In this document: in pieces, positions 28,551 through 36,565 of the stretch
Layout: every line of letters begins with the position of its first letter
How positions within the stretch are numbered: the stretch's first letter is position 1
IMG/VR virus record: IMGVR_UViG_3300020170_000001
Location: 60,653-124,652 of that record
Strand: one strand, 5' to 3'
Source: a virus
DNA length: 64,000 bases
The notes under the pieces: generated by a model
Told to the model about the DNA's origin: nothing
What the model saw: the letters and a program-made list of their open reading frames with translations, nothing else
Database searches by the model: none
Program-made: the position numbers and the translations under genes

Positions 28551-29695
28551 CAGCCCAGGACGACGACCCGCAGGCTGCCGGCCTGCATGGAGACGTCGGG
28601 GTAGACGGCGATGGTGTTCGCGGCGGTGGTCGCCCAGTCGAGGTCGATGACCCGGCTGTCGTCGGTCGTCTTGAAGGACACGGTGACATCGGTGGTGTCG
28701 AGGCCGTGGGTGATCGTGTAGGTGACTCCGGCGGAGATCGCGCCGAGGTCTCCGGCGTACTTGGTGACCGCGCCGAGGTTGGCGCGGGCGTCTAGGGCGG
28801 TGGTGGCACCGGTTCCACCGTTGGCGACCGAGACGGGCGCGTCGAGGGAGAAGGTGGTGCCGTTGATCAGCAGCCCGTTGCCGGCGGTGTAGGTCTGGCC
28901 GCCGATGGCGAAGATCCGCCAGTCCTGCGTCCAGCTGCCGGGCACGCCGCCGCTGGTCGTCTCCTGCATGTACTGGTAGTTCGCGCTGGTGCCCTCGGCG
29001 ACGGCGACCACGGCACCGTCGACAATGTCGCCTGCGCTGTCGGCGTCATCGGCGAGCGTGGCGGCCGTCGAGGGGCCGTTCCAGACGTAGATGCCGTTCT
29101 GGGTGCCGTTGTTCTGGGCGCGGGCGAGGAACCGGTCGCCGGTGTTCATGGCGATGCCGTCGAGGTTCGCGCCGGGCGTGCTGATGTTGACGTTGCCCTG
29201 GGTGACGACCCGGACCGGGTCCTTGACGCTGATGCCGGCGCGCAGGTTGTCGGCGTAGGCCTTGTTGACGCCGTCGCCGGGGGCGACCGGGGCGGCGAGG
29301 TTGGTGAGCCGCACGCCGTTGACGTCGACGTTGTTGGTCGGGGCCGACAGCTGGTCCAGGCGCGAGGTGCGGACCTGGGTGTCGAAGTTCGAGATGGTGC
29401 TGGCCGGCTGGGTGCCGGTGTGGTTCGAGCGGGCCAGCGGGTCGACGGCCAGTTTGGACAGCTGAATTCCGGCTGTGCTGGAGATCAGGTTGTCGTTGAT
29501 GAACCCGGCCGGGATGCTCGTTCCGTCAGAGTTGACCCACTTGGTGCCGTCCCACCACTTCACCTTCGCCGGGTTGGTGGACGTGTCGGTCCAGAACTGG
29601 CCGTATGCCGGGTCGGCCGGTGCAACCGCAGAGGCCTCGACCCGGAACTGCCGGACCGGGATCTGCATGAAATCCTGGGCACTGCCGTAACGCAT
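28550..29695 (-). CDS. Virion fibre protein (paralog of 7515 and 12066)
   Basis: RSNHTGTQ, DTQVRTSRLDQL, QNGIY and ITHGLDTTDV. Confidence 0.72.
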   Translation of the reverse strand: MRYGSAQDFMQIPVRQFRVEASAVAPADPAYGQFWTDTSTNPAKVKWWDGTKWVNSDGTSIPAGFINDNLISSTAGIQLSKLAVDPLARSNHTGTQPASTISNFDTQVRTSRLDQLSAPTNNVDVNGVRLTNLAAPVAPGDGVNKAYADNLRAGISVKDPVRVVTQGNVNISTPGANLDGIAMNTGDRFLARAQNNGTQNGIYVWNGPSTAATLADDADSAGDIVDGAVVAVAEGTSANYQYMQETTSGGVPGSWTQDWRIFAIGGQTYTAGNGLLINGTTFSLDAPVSVANGGTGATTALDARANLGAVTKYAGDLGAISAGVTYTITHGLDTTDVTVSFKTTDDSRVIDLDWATTAANTIAVYPDVSMQAGSLRVVVLG

Positions 29696-29706
29696 TTACG
29701 GGCTCC

Positions 29707-30105
29707 TCACGCCTTAAGACGGGCAGTGCCCGCGATGGGCACACCAAACGTCACCACTACGGTGTTTCTATCGGGCATCGCAATGTCGCCACTGATTGCG
29801 AAGCCGTAAAGGTCGTAGAGGGAGACAACCGGGAAGACGTTGAGGTTGTGCACGATGTACCAGGTGGTCAGAGGCGACGAAAACTGCTGGTCGAAGATGG
29901 GCGCGAAGGGGCCTTGCGGGCCTTGTGCGCCTTGTGTGCCTTGGGGCCCGGAGGCTCCTTGCGGGCCGGCCGGGCCGGTAAGACCGGAGGTGACGATCTG
30001 TACGACATCAGTGGTGGGCTCTAGGACCATCACCAGTGCGCCTTCGTCGTCGCGGACCTCGACGACGCCGACAGATTCGGTGTAGGTGACTACCTCGGCG
30101 GTCAC
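29707..30105 (-). CDS. Collagen-like (G-X-Y) virion protein
   Basis: GPAGPQGASGPQGTQGAQGPQGP plus C-terminal WYIVHNLN..GTARL. Confidence 0.75.
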   Translation of the reverse strand: MTAEVVTYTESVGVVEVRDDEGALVMVLEPTTDVVQIVTSGLTGPAGPQGASGPQGTQGAQGPQGPFAPIFDQQFSSPLTTWYIVHNLNVFPVVSLYDLYGFAISGDIAMPDRNTVVVTFGVPIAGTARLKA

Positions 30106-30470
30106 GGGACGACGATCTTTTGCTTCACGTCTACTACTACGGAGACGCGACCCCGCAGAAACCGCCTGACGAAGCCATCCGGTTCGATCAGGTCGAGGTT
30201 GTAGTAGGCGATCGGTGGGCTCAGCGCCGCCGTCTGGAACGGGGTCATCTCGATGATGATCTGCCCGATCGACGTGAGCGTGATGCCGGCGTTAGTGTCG
30301 GTGAGCTCGACATCGGCGGGGGCGAGTTGCTGTCCAACGAGCATCGTCGCGGCCCAGCCGGTGAAGTCGATGGCATTTGCGCCATCGGGTAGCCAGCGGA
30401 ACTCACGTCGGTAGCTGGTGCCGCTGTAGACGACGATCTCGTAGTTGAGCGGCAGCGAGTTGTTCGCCAT
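30102..30470 (-). CDS. Hypothetical virion-cluster protein
   Basis: IDFTGW...YYNLDL...RFLRGRV pattern seen in phage fibre-associated proteins. Confidence 0.65.
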   Translation of the reverse strand: MANNSLPLNYEIVVYSGTSYRREFRWLPDGANAIDFTGWAATMLVGQQLAPADVELTDTNAGITLTSIGQIIIEMTPFQTAALSPPIAYYNLDLIEPDGFVRRFLRGRVSVVVDVKQKIVVP

Positions 30471-30476
30471 GGCGGC

Positions 30477-30959
30477 TCAGCTGTCACTGGCTAGAAAGAG
30501 GTCGATCGGGTTCGTTGTGGGTGTGATGGATAGCAGCACCTTGTCGGTGGCGGTGCGGTGGCACGGCGGGGTGAGGGCGACCAGGCGCAGAAGTTCGGCG
30601 TCGTTCAGGTCGAATCGCGTCGCGGCGAGCGTGTGTTCCGCCTTCTTGCCGGCGGACTTGGCGTGCGATGTGGCGCGGAGCTTTTCCCAGGCCGCGACCG
30701 CTTCGGCGGCTTTGGCTTGGGTGTCCTTGTCGACGCCCTTTCCGGTGGCCCATACCTTGACCCGAGAGACCGCGATGCTGATGGCCTCGGAGGTGGTTTT
30801 CCCGGTCTTCTTGATCGCCTTGGCTATACGGCAGATGTAGTCGGGCAGACCGCCCGAATCTTGGACCCAGTTAGAGCCGGGCGACTCGTCGAGCGAACAG
30901 CCGGCGAAGGCCAGGATGAGGTCCTGGTCTTCGCGGCCGAGTTCCACCGTGAGGGCCAC
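30477..30959 (-). CDS. Hypothetical protein
   Basis: 160 aa; RBS GAGGGG; NWVQDSGGLPDYICRIA. Confidence 0.7.
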   Translation of the reverse strand: MALTVELGREDQDLILAFAGCSLDESPGSNWVQDSGGLPDYICRIAKAIKKTGKTTSEAISIAVSRVKVWATGKGVDKDTQAKAAEAVAAWEKLRATSHAKSAGKKAEHTLAATRFDLNDAELLRLVALTPPCHRTATDKVLLSITPTTNPIDLFLASDS

Positions 30960-30971
30960 CGACGACCCCTC

Positions 30972-31421
30972 TCAGATCTTGACGTTCTCGAAGGCGGCGG
31001 CCATGTTGACGAGGACGCTGCTGCGGGTCTTGGGGTCGTTGACCGAGGCGTTGACGGTGGAGATGATGAGCTGCTGGATCTCGCGGAGCAGAGCCTTGCG
31101 CTCCGTTCCGTTCATGACTTCGGTCTTGGTGAGCATCCGGTTGAATTCCTGCGTCATGGACAGCCAGAAGGTGTTGAAGTCCTTCTGCATCGCGGCGGTG
31201 TTGAATCCGCCGGATCCTTCTTTGCTGCGCAGGACGATGTAGTTGTAGGCGATGCGCTCGATGAGTAGTTGCTGCACCGTGTTCATGGGCAGGTCGGCAG
31301 CTTCTTGACGCATGCGGGCGACGAGAACCTCGTAGAGGGCGCGCAGGTTCTCGTCGGTGATCAGGTCCGGCAGGTAAAAGGCCCGATCGAGTGCGGCGAG
31401 GTCATCGGTGCGGCGTGCCAT
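30972..31421 (-). CDS. Helical protein, candidate terminase small subunit
   Basis: First gene of the late block; helical; function inferred from position only. Confidence 0.4.
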   Translation of the reverse strand: MARRTDDLAALDRAFYLPDLITDENLRALYEVLVARMRQEAADLPMNTVQQLLIERIAYNYIVLRSKEGSGGFNTAAMQKDFNTFWLSMTQEFNRMLTKTEVMNGTERKALLREIQQLIISTVNASVNDPKTRSSVLVNMAAAFENVKI

Positions 31422-31441
31422 GTTGATTTGTATCGGTTGGA

Positions 31442-32074
31442 TTATTGCCGAGCGCGAAGCCATCCGTGGGAGTACCAGAGGGGGGTGCCGGCCCGGTAGT
31501 GGGGGTGTCGGATGGTGGTGTAGGTGTATCCGAATTGCTCCAGCAGGGCGATGCAGCTGGAGTGCAGTTCGGAGGAGTGGAATTCGATGAGCAGGTCGGG
31601 TCGGTTGATGGCGAGGGTTCGGCGCGCGCCGAACAGGACACGCAGCTCATGCCCTTCGACGTCGATCTTGAGGAAGTCGGGGACTGGCAGGGAGCGCTCG
31701 GCGACGAGGGTGTCAACAGTGCGGCAGATGACGCGCCGGGTCAGCGCGCCGGGTCGATCGGGGTCCCATTCCATACCGCGGGTTCCGGCGGTGACCAGCT
31801 GCCCGGTGTCGATCTTGTCGGGGAGGGCGACGAGGTCGATGTGTTTGTCGTTGTCGGACAGGGCGATGGGCAGCCAGCTGACGTTTCCCTGGAAGGTGTC
31901 GAGGTAGGGCCAGCATTCTTCGGCCGGTTCGAAGGCGTAGACCTGTTCGAAGCGTTCGAGCATCAGCGGGAGGGTCTGGCCGCAGTTGGCCCCGACGTCC
32001 CAGCCGATGGTTCCGTGGAAGTCTTCCCAGAGGCCGGCCCAGATCTCCGGCGGGTCGATGGCGGCGGGTTTCAT
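31442..32074 (-). CDS. FkbM-family methyltransferase
   Basis: WDVGANCG, AFEP and LKIDVEGHE. Confidence 0.9.
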   Translation of the reverse strand: MKPAAIDPPEIWAGLWEDFHGTIGWDVGANCGQTLPLMLERFEQVYAFEPAEECWPYLDTFQGNVSWLPIALSDNDKHIDLVALPDKIDTGQLVTAGTRGMEWDPDRPGALTRRVICRTVDTLVAERSLPVPDFLKIDVEGHELRVLFGARRTLAINRPDLLIEFHSSELHSSCIALLEQFGYTYTTIRHPHYRAGTPLWYSHGWLRARQ

Positions 32075-32247
32075 GAGTCGTTTGTCGTAGCGCGCAGTCG
32101 CTCGATCTCCTCGACCAAGGCCTGCATCACGGGTCGAAAGTCGCCACGGGGACAGGTGCAGGAGCTTGGCAAGGCAAGATCGCAGGGGGCGCAGAGTTGC
32201 AGCCACGGAAGTGCTCGCTCCAGAGGGTCGGCGTTGGGCGGCGTCAC
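32071..32247 (-). CDS. Small Cys-rich protein
   Basis: CAPC..CTC; 4-nt overlaps on both sides. Confidence 0.55.
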   Translation of the reverse strand: MTPPNADPLERALPWLQLCAPCDLALPSSCTCPRGDFRPVMQALVEEIERLRATTNDS

Positions 32248-32474
32248 AGGGTTTCCCACGAGCCGACTTCACGCTTTTGGACGTCGAGATGAGCCAGCAC
32301 GGCAGGAAGCTTGATTTCGATGGCGGCATAGAAGGCAAGCACAGACTCAAGCGCTCCCTCGTAGACCACCCAGTCACAGTCGATGAGGTGGATACAGACG
32401 GTGCCGTCGTCAGAGACGTGGCTCTCGTCGGGTCCGTCGAGGGCGCGGGCGAGGATGCGGTACTCGCGGGTCAT
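32244..32474 (-). CDS. Hypothetical protein
   Basis: MTREYRIL at an ATGA overlap. Confidence 0.55.
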   Translation of the reverse strand: MTREYRILARALDGPDESHVSDDGTVCIHLIDCDWVVYEGALESVLAFYAAIEIKLPAVLAHLDVQKREVGSWETL

Positions 32475-33601
32475 GAGAATTTGCTCATGTCGGCGAGGCT
32501 GATCTGGTTGTTCGCGGTGGTGGTGGGGCGGGCGGTGGCCGGCGCGAAGATCTCGCTGAGCATGACGATGACCAGTTCGAGGCTGGAGCGGGCGTCGCCG
32601 AGGCGGATCTGGGTCTTCAGTGGCCATAGGACCTTGGTGAGGGCGGCGACGACGAGCGGGGTTTCGAGGGCGAGCGCAAGGTTTTGTCGGGCGGCCAGGG
32701 CAATGCCGCTTTTGTTGATTTCGCCGCCGCTGCGAAGAACGAGAACGTCGCGGAGGCAGCCGATGGCGTTGGCGGCGATGGTGTCGGCGTCGGCGACGCG
32801 GGTCAGGGCCTCGTCGAGTTTCGTGAATGCGCCTGGCAGGTCGCCGCTGGTGATGGCGTTGAGGATGGCCGGCGCGTGATCGGTGTGGCCGAGCAGGCGC
32901 TGGTATTGCTCGGCCGTGGTCATGCCGGTGTGGGCGACTTGGTCGAGCAGCATGATGGCATCGCGCATGGCTCCGTCGGCACGTTCGGCGAGCAGCTGCA
33001 GTAGACCGTGTTCGACGGGGTAGCCCTCGGCGTGGGCGATGTGGGCGAGCCGGCAGGTGATGTCGGCGACGGTCAGGCGCTGGAACGTGAACGGGATGCA
33101 GCGGCTGGCCACGGTGGACAGGATTTTTGCTGGCTCGGTCGTGAGCAGGATGAAGTGGGTGTGCGGCGGCGGCTCTTCCAGGGTCTTGAGCAGGGCGTTG
33201 AACGCGGCGGTGCTCATCGAGTGCGCTTCGTCGAGGATGACGATGCGGTGATCGCCGGCGTGCCGGTACATGACCTGCTGGCGCAGGGCGCGGATGTCGT
33301 CGACCAGGCCGTTGCTGGCCGCGTCGATCTCGACGACGTCCATGCTGGAGCCGTCGAAGACGGCTGTGCAGCTGGGGCAGGTGCCGCAGGGTTTGGTGTC
33401 GGCGTGGCAGTTGAGTGCGGCGGCCAGGATCCGGGCGGTTGTGGTTTTGCCGGTGCCGCGGCAGCCGTCGAACAACAGAGCGCTCGGGACTTTCCCGACT
33501 TTGATCATCTGTCGGAGGATGATTTGGACAGCGGGCTGGCCGACCAGGTCGTCGAAGGTCTTGGGACGCCAGGTCAGGGCGAGGGTTTGCACGGCGCTCA
33601 C
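32471..33601 (-). CDS. dnaX: DNA polymerase III gamma/tau-like clamp loader
   Basis: WRPKTFDDLVGQ, GCRGTGKTT, CGTCPSC, EIDAAS, ILDEAH, FNALLKTLEEPP and SRC. Confidence 0.95.
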   Translation of the reverse strand: MSAVQTLALTWRPKTFDDLVGQPAVQIILRQMIKVGKVPSALLFDGCRGTGKTTTARILAAALNCHADTKPCGTCPSCTAVFDGSSMDVVEIDAASNGLVDDIRALRQQVMYRHAGDHRIVILDEAHSMSTAAFNALLKTLEEPPPHTHFILLTTEPAKILSTVASRCIPFTFQRLTVADITCRLAHIAHAEGYPVEHGLLQLLAERADGAMRDAIMLLDQVAHTGMTTAEQYQRLLGHTDHAPAILNAITSGDLPGAFTKLDEALTRVADADTIAANAIGCLRDVLVLRSGGEINKSGIALAARQNLALALETPLVVAALTKVLWPLKTQIRLGDARSSLELVIVMLSEIFAPATARPTTTANNQISLADMSKFS

Positions 33602-34386
33602 TCGGCGTTTTCGGCGTCGTTCGGGGCCTCGGCGCTGGCGTCCTGCTGCTCCTGGGCGGGGTGCGGGATGCTGCGGCCGGTGATGATGCAGCATTCGCCG
33701 TCCGCGGCGAGCAGCTCGGCCATGTCATCGCGGCGGATTTTGGCATCGCCGTTGACGCCCCAGGTGGGGCCCCAGCTGTTGTGCACGGTGTAGTAGCCGG
33801 CGTTGACATTGATCCCGGTGACCAGGATGCAGTGGCCGCCGGCCTTGCCGCCGGTCAGGCGCAGGAAGCCACCGGAGTTCGGGGTGAACATGCCCCGGTA
33901 CCAGTCGATGCCGATGACCGCCGGGCCGAGGTGGCTGAGGCCGAGGGCCATCTCCGCCTCGGAGGTTCCCCACCGGTATTCGGTGTAGTAGCCGAGGCTG
34001 ACGGCGGCCTTGATAGCGAACAGGACCGCTGTGCCGTCGTAGTGGGGGTTGGCCCCGGGATATGCGCCGCCGGGCCAGGGGTCGCCTTCTTGGGCCGGCC
34101 AGTAGATCTTCTCGCGGGCGAAGGCGGCGTCGAGGGCCGGTACGGGGACGGGGTTCCAGAGCAACTCGTTGGTGACACCGAAGCCGGTGCACGCTCCTTC
34201 TTGTCCTTGGTCGAGGACGGGCGTGCCGGCCGGGGCGTTCCAGTTCCTGGTCCACAGGGTCTGCTGCTGTGACTCGTCGAGGGCGGCGCGGATGCGGAAG
34301 TTCAGGGACTGCGGGTCGAAGGCGGGAATGCGGTCCAGGCGGACATCGGTGGTGCTAGTGCCGTCCTTGAGGGGGTACTGGGGCAT
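33598..34386 (-). CDS. Papain-like (C1A) cysteine peptidase
   Basis: DQGQEGACTGFG, GGHCIL and HNSWGPTWG. Confidence 0.9.
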   Translation of the reverse strand: MPQYPLKDGTSTTDVRLDRIPAFDPQSLNFRIRAALDESQQQTLWTRNWNAPAGTPVLDQGQEGACTGFGVTNELLWNPVPVPALDAAFAREKIYWPAQEGDPWPGGAYPGANPHYDGTAVLFAIKAAVSLGYYTEYRWGTSEAEMALGLSHLGPAVIGIDWYRGMFTPNSGGFLRLTGGKAGGHCILVTGINVNAGYYTVHNSWGPTWGVNGDAKIRRDDMAELLAADGECCIITGRSIPHPAQEQQDASAEAPNDAENAE

Positions 34387-34657
34387 CTGGGCGTCTCCCG
34401 ATCGACAGCAGCGGCAGCGGCTGAGACGCCGCCAACGCATTCGTCATCGGTTGGGATGCGGCGCGGCGGACGTCCTCGGGAATCCCTACTGCGCAGTGCC
34501 CGTCGCGATTCATGGCGACGGTTTCCAAACGGGTGAATCCGAAGACGTAGCCGCACACATCGCACTCGAAGTAGGTGTGGTCACCGTCCTGTTCGGGTTC
34601 AGCGCGTCCCCTGCACCGGGGATCAGTGCAGGGGACGGTGTCGGCGCTAGTCGCCAT
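34355..34657 (-). CDS. Zn-ribbon protein
   Basis: CTDPRC...CDVC; RBS GGA. Confidence 0.65.
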   Translation of the reverse strand: MATSADTVPCTDPRCRGRAEPEQDGDHTYFECDVCGYVFGFTRLETVAMNRDGHCAVGIPEDVRRAASQPMTNALAASQPLPLLSIGRRPDAPVPPQGRH

Positions 34658-34799
34658 CCGGGGAGGTTCCTGGATCAGTGGTGAGCAGGCCGAACACGTC
34701 GTCATCGGGGTCGAGCGGCTCGACGAGGTCGTCGACGTCGGTGTTGGACGGGTCCTGGCTGTCGCCGGGGGCGGTCTGTGTGGGCTGGTCGTCAGGCAT
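34647..34799 (-). CDS. Very acidic 50-aa protein
   Basis: Hand translation MPDDQPTQTAPGDSQDPSNTDVDDLVEPLDPDDDVFGLLTTDPGTSPDGD; RBS GAAGGA. Confidence 0.6.
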   Translation of the reverse strand: MPDDQPTQTAPGDSQDPSNTDVDDLVEPLDPDDDVFGLLTTDPGTSPDGD

Positions 34800-34816
34800 G
34801 TGATTGTCCTTCGCTT

Positions 34817-35038
34817 TTAGGGCTGGCGGGCGAGTGCGGCGTTGGCCCAGAACATGACCTGTTCGAGGTTGGTGATCGCGAGGCTCATCTCACGGCCGTC
34901 GGGAACGACGTCGTTGCTGTCGGTCAACGGAATGTCGATGCCCTCGCCTCGGAAATCGGCGTCCGCCAGGAATTTGATACGTTCGGCGACTTCACCGTCT
35001 TGGCGGATTTCGATGACAATGGATTCGATGTCGGTCAA
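34817..35038 (-). CDS. Acb2/Tad1-like hairpin protein
   Basis: PDGREMSLAITNLEQVMFWANAALAR resembles the Tad1 C-terminal helix. Confidence 0.55.
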   Translation of the reverse strand: MTDIESIVIEIRQDGEVAERIKFLADADFRGEGIDIPLTDSNDVVPDGREMSLAITNLEQVMFWANAALARQP

Positions 35039-35340
35039 GGAGTCCTCAGCGTTCGAGTATGGAAGAAGTCGTTGAGATCTTCTTCGGTGGCCATGATCAG
35101 CCGGGCGTAGCGGCTGGTGAAGTGGTCGTTGAGTTTGAAGCTGTACTCGTCCGGAGTGGTCCTAAGCATCCGGTTCCATCGGTACGCGGCCCACAGGAGC
35201 TCGATGCCGATCTTCCGGTAGCCGCGATCGCGGAGTTGTCGGGCCATGGCGACCAGTTCGGTGTAGACACCGGGGTTGGCTTCGTGGAAGTCGCGGAAGC
35301 GTTGGTCAATGCTGCGTTGAGTGACCAGCGGGGCGGTCAC
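35035..35340 (-). CDS. Hypothetical phage protein
   Basis: FHEANPGVY...KLNDHFTSRYARL. Confidence 0.7.
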   Translation of the reverse strand: MTAPLVTQRSIDQRFRDFHEANPGVYTELVAMARQLRDRGYRKIGIELLWAAYRWNRMLRTTPDEYSFKLNDHFTSRYARLIMATEEDLNDFFHTRTLRTP

Positions 35341-35558
35341 GGCGTCGCCGCATTCAAGGCTCGGACAACGTCCACATACATCTCTTCGAACTGGAACCCG
35401 ACATAGCCGCGATAGCGAATATCTGAGAAATATTCGATAGGAACCAGTTGTCGATTTTGATAAAGCTGGCCATCCTCGCCGTGACCGGGCTGGAAGACGC
35501 GGATGGTGATATCAGCGTATGGTTGACCACCCCTGCCTCTCGCAGCAGCGCTCATCAA
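35337..35558 (-). CDS. Hypothetical protein
   Basis: RBS GGAGAG; overlaps the next gene. Confidence 0.55.
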   Translation of the reverse strand: MMSAAARGRGGQPYADITIRVFQPGHGEDGQLYQNRQLVPIEYFSDIRYRGYVGFQFEEMYVDVVRALNAATP

Positions 35559-35567
35559 AACTCTCCC

Positions 35568-36092
35568 CTACTTCTTGTTCAGCTGCGGTACGTCCACCGG
35601 AAGGGGTTGGTCGGCCCACACATAATTCAAATCGGTAGTGACCATGGCACCCTCTGTCGTGAAGAAGAAGATGCCGGATTCGTTTTGGCCGTATGAGCCG
35701 TCATCGCCCGGCGCGTTGACAACAGCCTGGCCGTAGGAGCCGTGATCTAGCTCCAGTTGGTCCGTGGTCATCTGCGATTGAGTCGAGCTGACTTTGCCCT
35801 TGACCGTGTAATACCCGATGATCCGGCCAAACGACATCAGATAGATGTAGCCGATCGCGTCCGGCTTGTTGGTGCGCAGGAGCCGCTCCCGCAGGTTGCG
35901 CCGTTCCAGGGAGTCGCGGAGTTGATCGGCCGGATACGGGACCGCGGCGGCCTGCTGTGCGTATGCCTGCTCAGTTTGCTTTTGACCCGTGGCCTGGGCT
36001 CCCTTCTGGTCGTCACACGCCCCTGCTGTCGTGGTCAGGCCGACGGTCACGGCTGCGAGGAGCACGAGGACGACGCGACGACGAGTTCTCAT
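35568..36092 (-). CDS. Lipoprotein
   Basis: Basic N-terminus, hydrophobic stretch and lipobox AGAC. Confidence 0.8.
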   Translation of the reverse strand: MRTRRRVVLVLLAAVTVGLTTTAGACDDQKGAQATGQKQTEQAYAQQAAAVPYPADQLRDSLERRNLRERLLRTNKPDAIGYIYLMSFGRIIGYYTVKGKVSSTQSQMTTDQLELDHGSYGQAVVNAPGDDGSYGQNESGIFFFTTEGAMVTTDLNYVWADQPLPVDVPQLNKK

Positions 36093-36565
36093 TTAGTGCT
36101 CTCCTTGCAATCGAAGGAGGGATCGCTCACGTCGATCTGGTAGGGCAGGCTCTGATCACGCCACTTCGACTGCGTCACCTTGTTCGCGTCCGCGTTGTAT
36201 TGGTTCCGGGCGTCAAGGCACTGCTTCACCAGACCGGAGTAGTTGGTCGAAAAGACCCTGTCGCCTGGGTTCTCCCGTTTGTCCGCAGCAGCCTGATCGA
36301 GCTGCTGGTCATATGCCTTGATCTCGTTGTAAAGGGCCTCGAAGTGCTCCTGGGCGTTGGTTCGGTTGGTTCCGGAGTTCACCTGTCGGGTCTGGTCTCC
36401 CCTGCCCCGGGCATCCGAGGTGATGACTTTGATGGCCCAGACGGCGGCCACAATCAGGCCAATCGCGAGGATCACAACAACGATCCAGGCGACGAGGGAG
36501 GGGCCAACACGTCGGCCCGCATAGTTGGCGTCGCGAATGTCCTTGCCGAGCCGCTCACGATCCAT
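36089..36565 (-). CDS. Membrane-anchored protein
   Basis: N-terminal TM; YNADA..KWRD..LP; coupled to the lipoprotein gene. Confidence 0.75.
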   Translation of the reverse strand: MDRERLGKDIRDANYAGRRVGPSLVAWIVVVILAIGLIVAAVWAIKVITSDARGRGDQTRQVNSGTNRTNAQEHFEALYNEIKAYDQQLDQAAADKRENPGDRVFSTNYSGLVKQCLDARNQYNADANKVTQSKWRDQSLPYQIDVSDPSFDCKESTK

